Part shown: piece after piece, positions 19,630 through 29,543 of the stretch
Layout of the letters: each line of letters opens with the position of its first letter
How positions within the stretch are numbered: position 1 is the first letter of the stretch
Source: Patescibacteria group bacterium
Lineage (GTDB): Bacteria > Patescibacteriota > Minisyncoccia > Phycocordibacterales > Phycocordibacteraceae
Direction of reading: 5' to 3'
DNA: 43,300 nt
Assembly: GCA_004296925.1 (NCBI GenBank)
Contig: SCVI01000039.1
Location: 1-43,300, forward strand
Program-made: the position numbers and the translations under genes
The notes under the pieces: generated by a model
Told to the model about the DNA's origin: nothing
Seen by the model: only the letters and a program-made list of their open reading frames with translations
The model's database searches: none

Positions 19630-20370
19630 CTACTCTTGTATGCGTGCAACAATTTCCGTGCGTACCACTGGACGACTAAAAACATCTTGCCAAGTAAATA
19701 CCACCGTTTCTTTTACGCGCCCCTGCATCCTCTCTATCTTTGTCTGCGACGCAGTAATTAAAATATCGTTCACATCATAAAGAAGCGATGTTAAAACCAC
19801 TGGACCCACAGGTGACGCGAGCGTATTTTCAATATCAGCTTTAAGTATTAATGCCTGCTGATCTAACTCCCTCGATACGATAGCTACAGGAGTTGAAACT
19901 CTATCCATCGTCGTCCACGTTGCTTGACCAAACACTATGAATGTCCGAGTAGGATTACGCTCCCCAGTAACAATATTTGGTTCAAACACAGGCACTGTTT
20001 CCCCTGGCTTTAAAAATGTAACTCCACGCCTTTCTGCGATTAAAATATTCTTTTCATCGAACAATTGGAATGTGTACGGAAGAGCTTGTGTACCTGCTCC
20101 ACTTTCTGGATTTCTTATCATCGCAACCGCGTGATACACACCTGGTGCAACTTGCACGGAGCGTGCCCATTGTGCCGAGATTCGCGGTGCCTCGCACACA
20201 AGGTTACACGACCCATCGCAATCAATACCTTGCTCATCTTGGTTTTTAATACCGTCAAAACATGTTGGTGGATGATAAAAAAAGAAATACCATACTCCTC
20301 CTAACACCAAAAGGACTATCAATAAAAAAGAGAGCGCAAAGAAAAGTTGGCGTTTGAATGACCACTGCAT
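19630..20370 (-). CDS. Membrane-anchored protein with Cys-rich motif
   Basis: N-terminal TM, then PTCFDGIKNQDEQGIDCDGSC; TATACT 6 nt before the ATG. Confidence 0.8.
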   Translation of the reverse strand: MQWSFKRQLFFALSFLLIVLLVLGGVWYFFFYHPPTCFDGIKNQDEQGIDCDGSCNLVCEAPRISAQWARSVQVAPGVYHAVAMIRNPESGAGTQALPYTFQLFDEKNILIAERRGVTFLKPGETVPVFEPNIVTGERNPTRTFIVFGQATWTTMDRVSTPVAIVSRELDQQALILKADIENTLASPVGPVVLTSLLYDVNDILITASQTKIERMQGRVKETVVFTWQDVFSRPVVRTEIVARIQE

Positions 20371-20422
20371 ATGACAAGTATAACAAAATAATACCCTCGA
20401 CTGGCGTGGTTAATATTCTTTA

Positions 20423-20459
20423 TTTTTATATCAAATTCTCTGTTCTGGCGACTAGCTAC
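20423..20459 (-). repeat. 37-bp duplicate of the 5S rRNA 3' end and trailer
   Basis: Matches 20621-20657 with one mismatch. Confidence 0.85.
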
Positions 20460-20593
20460 CGGCAAGTGAGTGAGTGTAATGGAAAGCTTACTTACCAATT
20501 ACCGAACGAGCGACGCCGGAAAGAATTTCGGCTCTGAGAAATTCTTACTCTCCCAAACACATAGATGGTAGTCGCCGGTTGTCGGCATTATAT

Positions 20594-20625
20594 AAAAACA
20601 CCGACTGTTTAGAGTCGGTGTTTTT
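20594..20625 (-). terminator. Intrinsic terminator after 5S
   Basis: AAAACACCGACT-loop-AGTCGGTGTTTTT. Confidence 0.8.
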
Positions 20626-20638
20626 ATATCAAATCCTC

Positions 20639-20749
20639 TGTTCTGGCGACTAGCTACTCTCCCCTTTCGAGTACCATCGCCACAATTGCGCTTAACTTCC
20701 GAGTTCGGAATGGGATCGGGTGTGACCACAACGTCAAGTCACCAGAACA
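20639..20749 (-). rRNA. rrf: 5S rRNA
   Basis: CACCCGATCCCATTCCGAACTCGGAAGTTAAG and GATGGTAC motifs; helix I TTCTGGTGAC/GTCGCCAGAA. Confidence 0.96.
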
Positions 20750-20961
20750 CAAAATTCGATACACACTACACAATGTTGTGTAGTACTACCTATCATCATA
20801 AAGAGAACACCGAGCACAAATAGAGCTTGTTATGGATTTCCACGCTTCCCCGCAGAATGGACGAATTAGTACTTCTCAGCTCAATGCATTGCTGCATGTA
20901 CACTTAAAGCCTATCAACGTGATCATCTCTCACGAGTCTCAACGATACCTAATCTTGGAGG

Positions 20962-21000
<39 letters not shown>

Positions 21001-21137
21001 CGACATAGCTACTCTGCAATGCTCCTGGCGGAACAACAGATAGACCAGAGGTCAGTTCATCCCGGTCCTCTCGTACTAAGGACGACTCTCCTCAAGTATC
21101 AACGCTCATAGTAGATAGGAGACCAACCTGTCTCACG

Positions 21138-21632
21138 CACTTCGTTTCGTGTGTGTTAGAAACACACACGAGCGTTCCTTACGGAACCCCAAATTACTTT
21201 GGGAGTCGGACTGTAACTTCATCCTTCAATTTTTTTACAAAAATTGTGTTGGATGATCAACATTCAGTCTCTCGAGGCTAAGCAGCTCTGAGTACTGAGT
21301 TCCAAGTCTAGAGTTAAAAACTCTGGACTCAAAACTAGAAACTCTGAACTAACTCATTCCTTCGATATTGTCCTACCAAAGTAGGATTTCATCGATATTA
21401 GTTGATTTCTTCACCCACATTCCTATAGGTGACCGCCGTGATTATGATTGACTCTTCTCACCCGACCAGTAATCGGGCTTCGATTTAAAAATCGAATATT
21501 ATATTTCTAAGACGAAAAAACTTTCAATAACTCTCTCTATGGGGTTCAGACTGTGAAATTGTCCAGAGTATTGAGTTCAGAGTCTAGAGTTTTAAAACTC
21601 AGAACTAGGAACTCGCAACTATGAACTGCTTC
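21138..21632 (-). ncRNA. Group I intron at 23S position 2593 (E. coli numbering), 495 nt, no homing endonuclease ORF
   Basis: 5' exon ends ...AGACCGU, intron ends in G, 3' exon CGUGAGACAG; IGS CACGGCGGUC (21431-21440); P3 AUCAAC/GUUGAU; R GAGACUGAA; S AAGUUACAGUCC. Confidence 0.93.
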
Positions 21633-21664
<32 letters not shown>

Positions 21665-24006
21665 ATGGCGAACAGCCATACCCTTGGAACCTTCTCCAGC
21701 TCCGGGATGTGGTGAGCCGACATCGAGGTGCCGAACTGCGCCGTCGCTATGGACGCTTAGGCGCAACTAGCCTGTTATCCCCAGAGTAACTTTTATCCGT
21801 TGGGCTTCCCCTGCATCTAATGCATAAGGTCGGATCACTATGCTCCACTTTCGTGTCTGCTCGATATGTACATCTCACAGTTAAGCCAGCTTGTGCCATT
21901 ACACGACCGGCACGGTTTCCATTCGCGCCTAGCTGACCTTTGTAGGCTCCTCCGTTACTTTTTGGGAGGAGAGCGCCCCACTCAAACTGCCTGCCACGCA
22001 CTGTCTCCCAGGTGTTTATCCTGAGGTTAGAAATTGCAACACATAAGAACGGTATTTCACTGGCGAGTCCACAACAACCGAAACCGTTGCTTCAACCTCT
22101 CCCGTCTATGCTACGCATATGCGTCACAATCCCAATACGAAGCTACAGTAAAGCTTCTGGGGTCTTTTCGTCTAACTATGAGTAACCGGCATCTTCACCG
22201 GTACTGTATTTTCACCGAGCAAGTCCTCGAGACAGTTTCCAACTCGTTACACCATTCGTGCACGTCTGAACTTACCAGACAAGGAATTACGCTACCTTAG
22301 GACGATTATAGTTATCGCCGACATTGACCAGGGCTTATAAAGACCAGCACATAGTATTGCTACCATGCACCATCCTTAGTTGACCTTCTGGCATTGGTCA
22401 GGTGTCACCCCCTATACATCCTCTTGCGAGTTCGCAGGGAGCTGTGTTTTTGGTAAACAGTCGATTGGAAATCTTTCGCTGCGGCCCCCTAAATTAATAG
22501 GAGGCAGGCCTTATCCCGAAGTTACGGCCGCTGTTTTGCCGAGTTCCTTGAGGACCTCTCACTCGTTCGCCTTAGTCTACTCGACCAGACCACCTGTGTC
22601 GGTTTGCGGTACGGGCTCACACCAACTGAAGCTTAGAAGATTTTCTTGGAAGCGCGCTCCATGCCATTTACGCTGACGAATCAGCGCATTTCCGCTCCGC
22701 TTGGATAGCCTACATCAAAGTAGTTTCTTCCGGATTTTCCTAGAAGATATCCTCACGGCACGAACACACATCCAGTTGTGTGCGGCATGTACAGCCCTCC
22801 GTCTCTCCATCGCATTGGTGCGAGGCCAGGGAATATTAACCCTGTGTCCATCGCGTTCGGCTTTCGCCATTTGCTTAGGCCCGGCTAACCCTTGGTTGAT
22901 TATCAGTGCCAAGGAAACCTCGGTCTTTCGGCGTACGGGGTTCTCACCCGTATTGTGGTTACTTGTGCCGGCATTCTCACTTCCAAACGCTCCAGAATGG
23001 GTCACCCCTTATCCTTCATCGCGGTTTGGAACGCTCTCCTACCGATCATTTTTGTCGAAACAAAAATAATCCCTCAGTTTCGGTACCGTGCTTAGCCCCG
23101 ATTATCTTCGGCGCAGAAATTCTCGGTGAGTGAGCTGTTACGCTTTCTTTAAATGGTGGCTGCTTCTAAGCCAACATCCTCACTGTTTCAGAATTTCCAC
23201 TTCCTTATGATGCACTCAGCGCGGATTTAGGGACCTTAACTTGAGATCTAGGCTCTTCCCTTCTCGACGTATGGAGCTTAGCCCCCATCGTCTAACTGCC
23301 TGATTCTAGCTCTCTGGTATTCGGAGTTTGATAGGGTTAACGAGATTGCTCCCTGTTTAACCCTTCCAGTGCTCTACCCCCAGGAGGAACATCAGACGCC
23401 AGCCCAAAAGCTGTTTCGGAGAGAACCAGCTATTACCAGGTTCGATAAGCTTTTCACTCCTTACCACAAGTCATCCCAAGACGTTGTACGATCTACGGGT
23501 TCGGGCCTCCCCTTTTCTTTCGAAAAGGTTCACCCTGCTCATGGCAAGCTCACCTGGCTTCGGGTCTTACGTACGCGACTAAACGCGCTATTCACACTCG
23601 GTTTCCCTTCGGCTCCAACCTTACGGTCTTAGCCATGCCGTGTACGTAAACTCGCCGGCTCATTCTTCAATAGGCACGCCGTCGAGGTGCAAGCACCTCT
23701 TCGACTCCTTGTAGATGTGTGGTTTCAGAACTATTTCACTGTCCTTACCGGACTACTTTTCACCTTTCCCTCACGGTACTGGTTCACTATCGATCTCTGT
23801 AGATATTTAGCCTTGCCGGTTAGTGCCGGCAGATTCATCCAAGCTATTCATGTCTCGGATTACTCAAGAACGACAACAAGAAAGTGATTGGTCGTTTCGC
23901 ATACGGGACCGTTACCCTCTAGGGTTCTGCTTCCCAGCAGATTCTGCTACGACAATCATTGTTAACTTTCCTTCCATAAATGGAACGTCATCGCCTTACA
24001 ACCCCC

Positions 24007-24128
24007 ACGCATCACATGATGCACGATGCATCAGTTCTGAGTTCCTAGTTCTGAGTTGAGAGTTTTAAACTTCTCTGGACTCGGAACTCTGTACTCTGAA
24101 CTTCAGCATCACATTCCATGTGATGCGT
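24007..24128 (-). repeat. ~120-nt hairpin insertion (IVS-like) near 23S helix 15 with heptamer repeats
   Basis: ACGCATCACATG...CATGTGATGCGT arms enclose GAGTTCT/AGAACTC-type 7-mers. Confidence 0.8.
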
Positions 24129-24173
24129 AGGTTTGGGCTTATCCCGTTTCGCTCGCCGCTACTCGGGGAATTC

Positions 24174-24225
24174 CAGAATCCCGGTCTCTATGCAAATAAA
24201 TTCGCACAGAGACCGGGATATCCTG
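24174..24225 (-). other. ~50-nt hairpin insertion near 23S helix 12
   Basis: ATCCCGGTCTCT...AGAGACCGGGAT inserted between the conserved GGAAAAGA..CAA and ATTCC..AGTAGCGGCGAGCG segments. Confidence 0.7.
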
Positions 24226-24655
24226 TTGGTCTCTTTTCCTCTAGGTACTGAGATGTTTCACTTCCCTAGGTGCACTTCTCGAACACGCGTTCGAGATATC
24301 TGTCGAAGACAGATAGGTTTCCCCATTCGGACATTTTCGGATCAAAGCTTGCTCGTCAGCTCCCCGAAACATTTCGTCGACTGCTACGTCCTTCATCGCT
24401 CTACAGAGTCAAGGCATCCACCACACACCCTTCAAACTTCCACGAGGAAGCTTGAAAACCACATAACGTTACGCTCATTTAATTTAACGAACGTCTCTAA
24501 ATTATGCTCGGTGTTCTCTTTATGATGTGTTGTCAACGAACAGGTTTCTAAGGGAATAAAAAAGGCCGCATTTCGCGGACCGCATACGGGAGCAGAAACT
24601 GCTACCTTTAGCGCCGCATTTCGCCTTTAGTATTAGTACTCATAAACCTTTGTGT

Positions 24656-24684
24656 AGAATACGCTCCGAGATGGATTATGTCAA
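24656..24684 (-). promoter_or_regulatory. 23S-5S promoter
   Basis: TTGACA-17 nt-TATTCT; boxA-like TGTTCGTTGACAAC near 24529-24542. Confidence 0.75.
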
Positions 24685-24847
24685 GAAATATAAGGGTTCT
24701 GGGGCGATTGAGGGAGACCAAAAAGCGAAACGGCTTAAATAAAGGCGATTCTAGAAAGCATGTAAAATAACGCACCTTCTATCCCCAGCTTTTCCCCTCT
24801 TAGTCAGGGGTCAGATTTCAAATTTCAGGTACCGCATTTTGACACGT

Positions 24848-24878
24848 AAATACCCTAAGGTTTCGCCTTAGGGTATTT
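24848..24878. terminator. Terminator hairpin
   Basis: AAATACCCTAAGG-loop-CCTTAGGGTATTT. Confidence 0.65.
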
Positions 24879-24884
24879 GGAGAT

Positions 24885-25094
24885 TTAATCTCTCGATCTA
24901 TTTCTTGGTTTTTTTGAATTCCACCAACGCAAGGAATTCAAGAGACTGGACTCGGCTGGTGTTAAGCGTCTACTTCCAGCTCTAGTGCGATCTGTTTGCT
25001 TCACCACAATATTCATATCTCGTTCACGTAAATCCAAAAGCGACGGATGTTGTGGTCGCCACATTCCTTCAATCTTAATCGGTTGATGTTCCAT
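24885..25094 (-). CDS. Small basic hypothetical protein, 69 aa, leaderless
   Basis: TTGACA-16-TACCAT-6 nt-ATG. Confidence 0.6.
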   Translation of the reverse strand: MEHQPIKIEGMWRPQHPSLLDLRERDMNIVVKQTDRTRAGSRRLTPAESSLLNSLRWWNSKKPRNRSRD

Positions 25095-25135
25095 TTGCCG
25101 ATGGTATACCTGTGAATATAGTTTGTCAAAAAACA

Positions 25136-25168
25136 AAAACACCCACGACGTACGTCGTGGGTGTTTTT
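25136..25168 (-). terminator. Terminator palindrome
   Basis: AAAACACCCACGACGTACGTCGTGGGTGTTTT. Confidence 0.75.
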
Positions 25169-25188
25169 AAAAACAACTAAAAAATTAT

Positions 25189-25881
25189 TTAGTGTTTGTG
25201 ATTTCCGATTTCAGAACGAACCTTCTCGATTGCGCGAGCGGCTGCGTCTTGACCTCCGAGACCAAACGCGAGTCCAACAGCAAGTGAGACTGCGATGACC
25301 ACACCCGTGACGAGTGTTTGTACAAAGACAGTTGCAACTTGGAGTTGTGCAAGTACGGCAAGGATTGTGAAAATCCAGATTGCCCACTTTGCAATTGATC
25401 CTGCGAGACCTGCTGACATAATGCCGGCAGCTTTTGCAGCACCACCAACCATAGTCTTAGCAAGTTCTGCCAAGAGCGCACCAACCAACACCATGATTAC
25501 CGCAACGATAACCTGTGGGAGGTATGACAACACCACCATTTGAAGGAACATGTTGACCTGTGTAAGGCCGAGCACTTCCAATGATGCCATTAAGAAGACG
25601 ATGATAAAGAACCACTTCACTAATGCGCCAAGGAAGGCACCTGAGTCAAGTGTGAAACCTGCGCGTTCAACAACATCGTTGAGGCCGGTTTGCTTCAAAG
25701 CAGCATCAAGTTTCACAGTCTTTAGAACTTGCGAAACGATACTACCAAGTGCAGCACCAACGAGCCATCCGAAGATGAAGATGATGATTGCAACAAGAAT
25801 GTTTGGCACAAATGCTATGAGACCAATCCAGAGATTCTGGAATGATTGCGTAAGCACATCTGCCCATGTTTGAATAATCAT
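25189..25881 (-). CDS. TM-helix-repeat protein (CmpX/MscS transmembrane-like)
   Basis: FVPNILVA and YLPQVIVA repeats; GLAFGLGGQD motif. Confidence 0.85.
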   Translation of the reverse strand: MIIQTWADVLTQSFQNLWIGLIAFVPNILVAIIIFIFGWLVGAALGSIVSQVLKTVKLDAALKQTGLNDVVERAGFTLDSGAFLGALVKWFFIIVFLMASLEVLGLTQVNMFLQMVVLSYLPQVIVAVIMVLVGALLAELAKTMVGGAAKAAGIMSAGLAGSIAKWAIWIFTILAVLAQLQVATVFVQTLVTGVVIAVSLAVGLAFGLGGQDAAARAIEKVRSEIGNHKH

Positions 25882-26003
25882 AGAGGTACGTCTATACAAT
25901 AAATAAAATAATAATGATGGGTTTATTCCCTACTAAAATGGTAGCACACCTGAACTCGCTAAAAGCGATGGTGTGGATAGCACAAAAAGGCTCTGCTAAG
26001 GAG

Positions 26004-26570
26004 TTACTTTCGCCCAATAATAATTCTATGTGAGAACTCAAGAATGTCTCGGAGTAACCGATCTCTTGCTTCGAGTCTTTCTCGAAAGGCCTTTGTTTCT
26101 AAGACCGCGTAGCGAAGCGGTATCGCTGAAACGTGTTCAGCTTTTCTAATTGCCTGCGCAATACGAGGGTCGTGAGGACGACGCGCAACGATTAATAAGT
26201 CCACACTGCTTTGCGACTCATTTGCTAAAATTCCTGTAGCAATTACAAGAGTAAGTGCGGGTACACCAGTGAATGCTCGCGCGAGTGTTCTATCGTCAGG
26301 GAGTGTTGCTTCTCCTAAAAACCTTTTCAAAGAATCAGCAAGTGGGTGAGATTTGTTAAATGCATACGTCGTTGTCTTCCCACTTTTTCGGGCGTTTAAA
26401 ATACCAAGTCTTGCGAGTGTTGATGTCTCACGAGAAATCGTTACTTTCGATCCTCCGATAGTACTCGCAACGGTGGATGCCGGGGCGCGTTCATCAGTAT
26501 TGAAAGCAAAAAATTTCAGAACCTTGAGACGTGTGGAAGAAGAACAAAATCGGACGACGTCTGGAAACAT
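26004..26570 (-). CDS. Winged-helix protein with nucleotidyltransferase-like C-terminal domain
   Basis: STRLKVLKFF..HTH..LARLGIL; SSVDLLIV motif; TACAAT 6 nt before the ATG. Confidence 0.75.
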   Translation of the reverse strand: MFPDVVRFCSSSTRLKVLKFFAFNTDERAPASTVASTIGGSKVTISRETSTLARLGILNARKSGKTTTYAFNKSHPLADSLKRFLGEATLPDDRTLARAFTGVPALTLVIATGILANESQSSVDLLIVARRPHDPRIAQAIRKAEHVSAIPLRYAVLETKAFRERLEARDRLLRDILEFSHRIIIGRK

Positions 26571-26697
26571 TGGAGTATTGTACCTAGCTAAATGTTAAAA
26601 GTAAAAAAACTGATTCTTTGTGCTTTTTCGATGACTTTTCACGTAACTTTGCTTTTGACTTTATTCGTGATTCTGTTCGTAATTCTGTGAAATGTCT

Positions 26698-26737
26698 GGT
26701 CTAGTATAATTATGCTATAGCATAATTATACTAGACC
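26698..26737. repeat. Perfect 40-bp palindrome with no loop
   Basis: GGTCTAGTATAATTATGCTA|TAGCATAATTATACTAGACC. Confidence 0.95.
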
Positions 26738-27121
26738 GTTAGATATTTGTGTAATTGACAGAGTCGGTGGCAGCGGACACGATCGCTGTGAGATTTTTTG
26801 AATAATAAATAGATGTGGTGAAAATAGATACACCACGAGGTGTCTGTCTAATCAATTGATTGGTCCCGCGATAAAATACATATCGTGGAATGTGTGTGGC
26901 ATTAATACGTTTAGTGATGCCGAATACATAATAAAGATTTGGGATGTGAACTGAGAAATGTATTGATGCACGAATGAGTGAAGTACGTTTAAAAAATAAA
27001 TAAAAACGCAGAACAGGTACATGAATAATAAATGCTTGTAAAAAACTCTTCGTAGTTTTTTTGAAAATTAGTACCTGATCTTCAACTTCCCCACTTTCAG
27101 CGTTTGTAATTTTTTATCATA

Positions 27122-27152
27122 AAAAATACCCAGACATATGTCTGGGTATTTT
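27122..27152. terminator. Bidirectional terminator (rplJL)
   Basis: AAAAATACCCAGACATATGTCTGGGTATTTTT. Confidence 0.8.
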
Positions 27153-27206
27153 TGATTTCGAGAATTACCGCCTTGGTCGACATGTTCTCGTTTCGAAACC
27201 TCCTCG

Positions 27207-27357
27207 GTCCGTGTTCCTAACACGGACACCTACGGAAAAGTTGAGTAATCGTCTTAGACGAGTTCAACTTTTCCTCCACTGGCCCGCATGTTCTCATGAC
27301 GGGCACGGCTGGCAATGTGGAGTGCTCGCGTTACGCGAGCTCCACCTTGCCACCCGC
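27207..27357 (-). repeat. Two tandem ~76-nt units: rplL 3' end + antisense hairpin + small hairpin
   Basis: Second unit encodes GGKVELV* (27254-27277); see findings. Confidence 0.8.
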
Positions 27358-27732
27358 CTCCTCAATTTTCTTCTTGAGGGCTTCTGCGTCTTCTTTCTTC
27401 ACACCTTCTTTCAATACTGAAGGAGCTGCATCAACGAGATCTTTTGCTTCCTTAAGACCAAGCGCAAGAGCTTCCTTAACTACCTTGATGACTGCAATTT
27501 TTTGCGCACCAAAATCAGTAAGCTTCACGGTGAAAGTTGACTTCTCTTCTGCTGCCTCTCCTGCTATTGCGGGACCTGCAACTGCAACTGCTGCTGCAGA
27601 GACACCAAACTTTTCTTCAAATACTTTCACGAGCTCATGGAGTTCCATAACGCTCATTGTTTCAATTTTCTCAACGATGTCCTTGAACTTTGCAGGGACT
27701 TCACTTAGGGTTGCTTGTGTTTCGTCTGACAT
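27331..27732 (-). CDS. rplL: 50S ribosomal protein L7/L12
   Basis: [27 protein letters not shown] and GGKVEL motifs. Confidence 0.98.
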   Translation of the reverse strand: MSDETQATLSEVPAKFKDIVEKIETMSVMELHELVKVFEEKFGVSAAAVAVAGPAIAGEAAEEKSTFTVKLTDFGAQKIAVIKVVKEALALGLKEAKDLVDAAPSVLKEGVKKEDAEALKKKIEEAGGKVELA

Positions 27733-27757
27733 GATTATAATTTTATTTTTTAATTAA

Positions 27758-28264
27758 CTATGCTTTTTTCTCAGCAATTTGATTGAGCGCAATCACCATA
27801 CGCTGAATTGGCGAATTGATGATGTTTACAAACATACCTCGCAACATTGGTGTTGCGGGAATTTCTGCAACTTGCACCGCATCTTTCAGAGATAAGTAAC
27901 GTCCTTCTAATGCTCCTCCTAAAAAGCCAAGCTTGCCTTTAAACTTCTTTACGAAGCTTCCAAGGCTTCTTGCTGGAAGCGTTACATCGGTATCTTCAGA
28001 AGAAGTTGAGATGTAGGCCATAGCTACCTCACCTGGCATCTCAGGCATTTCGCCCTCATATCCTTTATCGGTAAGCGCTTTTTTAAGAAGTGTTTTTTTC
28101 ACGACAGTGTATTTCACACCATTCGTTCGAAGTGCGTCACGAAGCTCATTTGCTTCTTTCACATTCATCCCCTTAAACGCAACAAAAATAACCGACACCG
28201 CATTTGAAAGCGACTCAGTCACTTCTTTGAGTAGAGACTCCTTTTTTGCTCGAGTAATTGCCAT
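27758..28264 (-). CDS. rplJ: 50S ribosomal protein L10
   Basis: ELRDALR and YTVVKKTLLK motifs; adjacent to rplL. Confidence 0.95.
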   Translation of the reverse strand: MAITRAKKESLLKEVTESLSNAVSVIFVAFKGMNVKEANELRDALRTNGVKYTVVKKTLLKKALTDKGYEGEMPEMPGEVAMAYISTSSEDTDVTLPARSLGSFVKKFKGKLGFLGGALEGRYLSLKDAVQVAEIPATPMLRGMFVNIINSPIQRMVIALNQIAEKKA

Positions 28265-28389
28265 AATAACTAGGTATTAGGTTCTAGGTTTTAGGTTTTA
28301 GTCTCGGAAAATCCGGAAAAAAACTAAAAACAACAACCGGATTAATTACACACGTTCTATAGGAGTTCGAGGCGGATCGACCGCGCCCT

Positions 28390-28452
28390 CGACTTAGGCT
28401 GGCAAACTTTCGTTTATTATCCTCTTTGAGAGGGCCAAGCTGTCTCCAGTCG
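28390..28452 (-). promoter_or_regulatory. L10 leader (autoregulatory RNA)
   Basis: GACTGGAGACAGC..GGC..ATAATAA..GCCAGCCTAAGTC resembles the L10-leader pattern; promoter TTGAAT-17-TACTCT at 28492-28464. Confidence 0.7.
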
Positions 28453-28503
28453 TGCTAAAAGAGAGAGTATCACGCTCATCCCTCTCATTCAAGCTGGGAG
28501 GTG

Positions 28504-28611
28504 TTACGTTACCAGTGCGCCAAAAACAGATATAACAACAACACTAATCAGGATAATTACAGAAAATCCTAGTAGAAATCTAAAAAACGCCGGTGTAAAA
28601 AGTCCTTTCAT
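28504..28611 (-). CDS. 35-aa single-TM small protein (MKGLFTPAFFRFLLGFSVIILISVVVISVFGALVT)
   Basis: ATG 8 nt after the upstream stop; clean hydrophobic helix; missed by the ORF track. Confidence 0.6.
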   Translation of the reverse strand: MKGLFTPAFFRFLLGFSVIILISVVVISVFGALVT

Positions 28612-28619
28612 GGTACTTG

Positions 28620-29429
28620 TTAGTTAGAGAGCTTCTCTATTTCAGCTCCGAAGCCGTCGATCTGAGTTACATTCCCTGCTTTTCGCGCTCTCTCTAATGC
28701 GGTTGTGTATACCTCGAGTGCTTTTACCTTGTCACCTCTGTCTCGGTAATACGCACCAAGGAGTCCATATGGGTCAGGATTCTCTGGGAACTTTGCACCT
28801 GCAGAAATAAGAGTGTCGACAGCAAGAGTTGATTCGGTCTTATAAAGATAACGATAAAGCTCGTGGAGTTCGAAGTATGGTGAAATCATTTTTGGATCTG
28901 CGGTCATTGCTTTCTTCAAATACATTTCTGACTTCGGAAAATCTTTGAGATTGTACTTATAGAGCTTCCCGAGATTCTCATACACAGTCGCTACCCCTGG
29001 CGCAGGCACTACTTCTGCCAAGAAATTCCACACATCTCTCGCTCCTTCATAGTCACTCGCTGAGTGATACAAAACGCCGAGCGTGAACCAATCATCAGCT
29101 CGATTCATGTCTTTCTTTAGCCTTATAGCCACATCTCCAATCTGCTTCTTCATTATTGCTTGTGCTTCCAGCGGAGTATTTGCTGGAAACTGCACCTCCC
29201 TATCCAAATTCGGAGCAAGTGATCTGAGATCTACTCCACCTACCTCCTCTATTGTGTAGTTGTCATTTCCTGAACCACTACTCTCTACAACCTCATTGTT
29301 CTTTAAAGAGTTTGACTGAAGAATGAAGACAAGTAATCCTCCTAATATAAGAGCCGACAGAGAAACGCCGATAACGAGCGGTAGCTTTGATTTTTTTTCT
29401 GGTGTAGTTGTTTCGTTCATATTGTTCAT
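28620..29429 (-). CDS. Membrane-anchored TPR protein
   Basis: N-terminal TM; repeats WFTLGVLY, YENLGKLY and YGLLGAYY. Confidence 0.85.
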   Translation of the reverse strand: MNNMNETTTPEKKSKLPLVIGVSLSALILGGLLVFILQSNSLKNNEVVESSGSGNDNYTIEEVGGVDLRSLAPNLDREVQFPANTPLEAQAIMKKQIGDVAIRLKKDMNRADDWFTLGVLYHSASDYEGARDVWNFLAEVVPAPGVATVYENLGKLYKYNLKDFPKSEMYLKKAMTADPKMISPYFELHELYRYLYKTESTLAVDTLISAGAKFPENPDPYGLLGAYYRDRGDKVKALEVYTTALERARKAGNVTQIDGFGAEIEKLSN

Positions 29430-29479
29430 ACATTGTAGGCTTAAACTCTTTCATCGGCAACGCACGCAACCGCAAACAT

Positions 29480-29525
29480 AACAGAGGTCCGACCTCTGTT
29501 TAAATTACAAAGGCCGGACCTCTGT
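29480..29525. repeat. Two REP palindromes downstream of RAYT
   Basis: ACAGAGGTCCGACCTCTGT and ACAAAGGCCGGACCTCTGT. Confidence 0.85.
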
Positions 29526-29543
29526 TTTTGATTCTAGTGCAAT

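Noticed and set aside
26698-26737. dif (XerCD) site
   Set aside because: It contains TTATG/CATAA arms but lacks the 11-6-11 asymmetric layout
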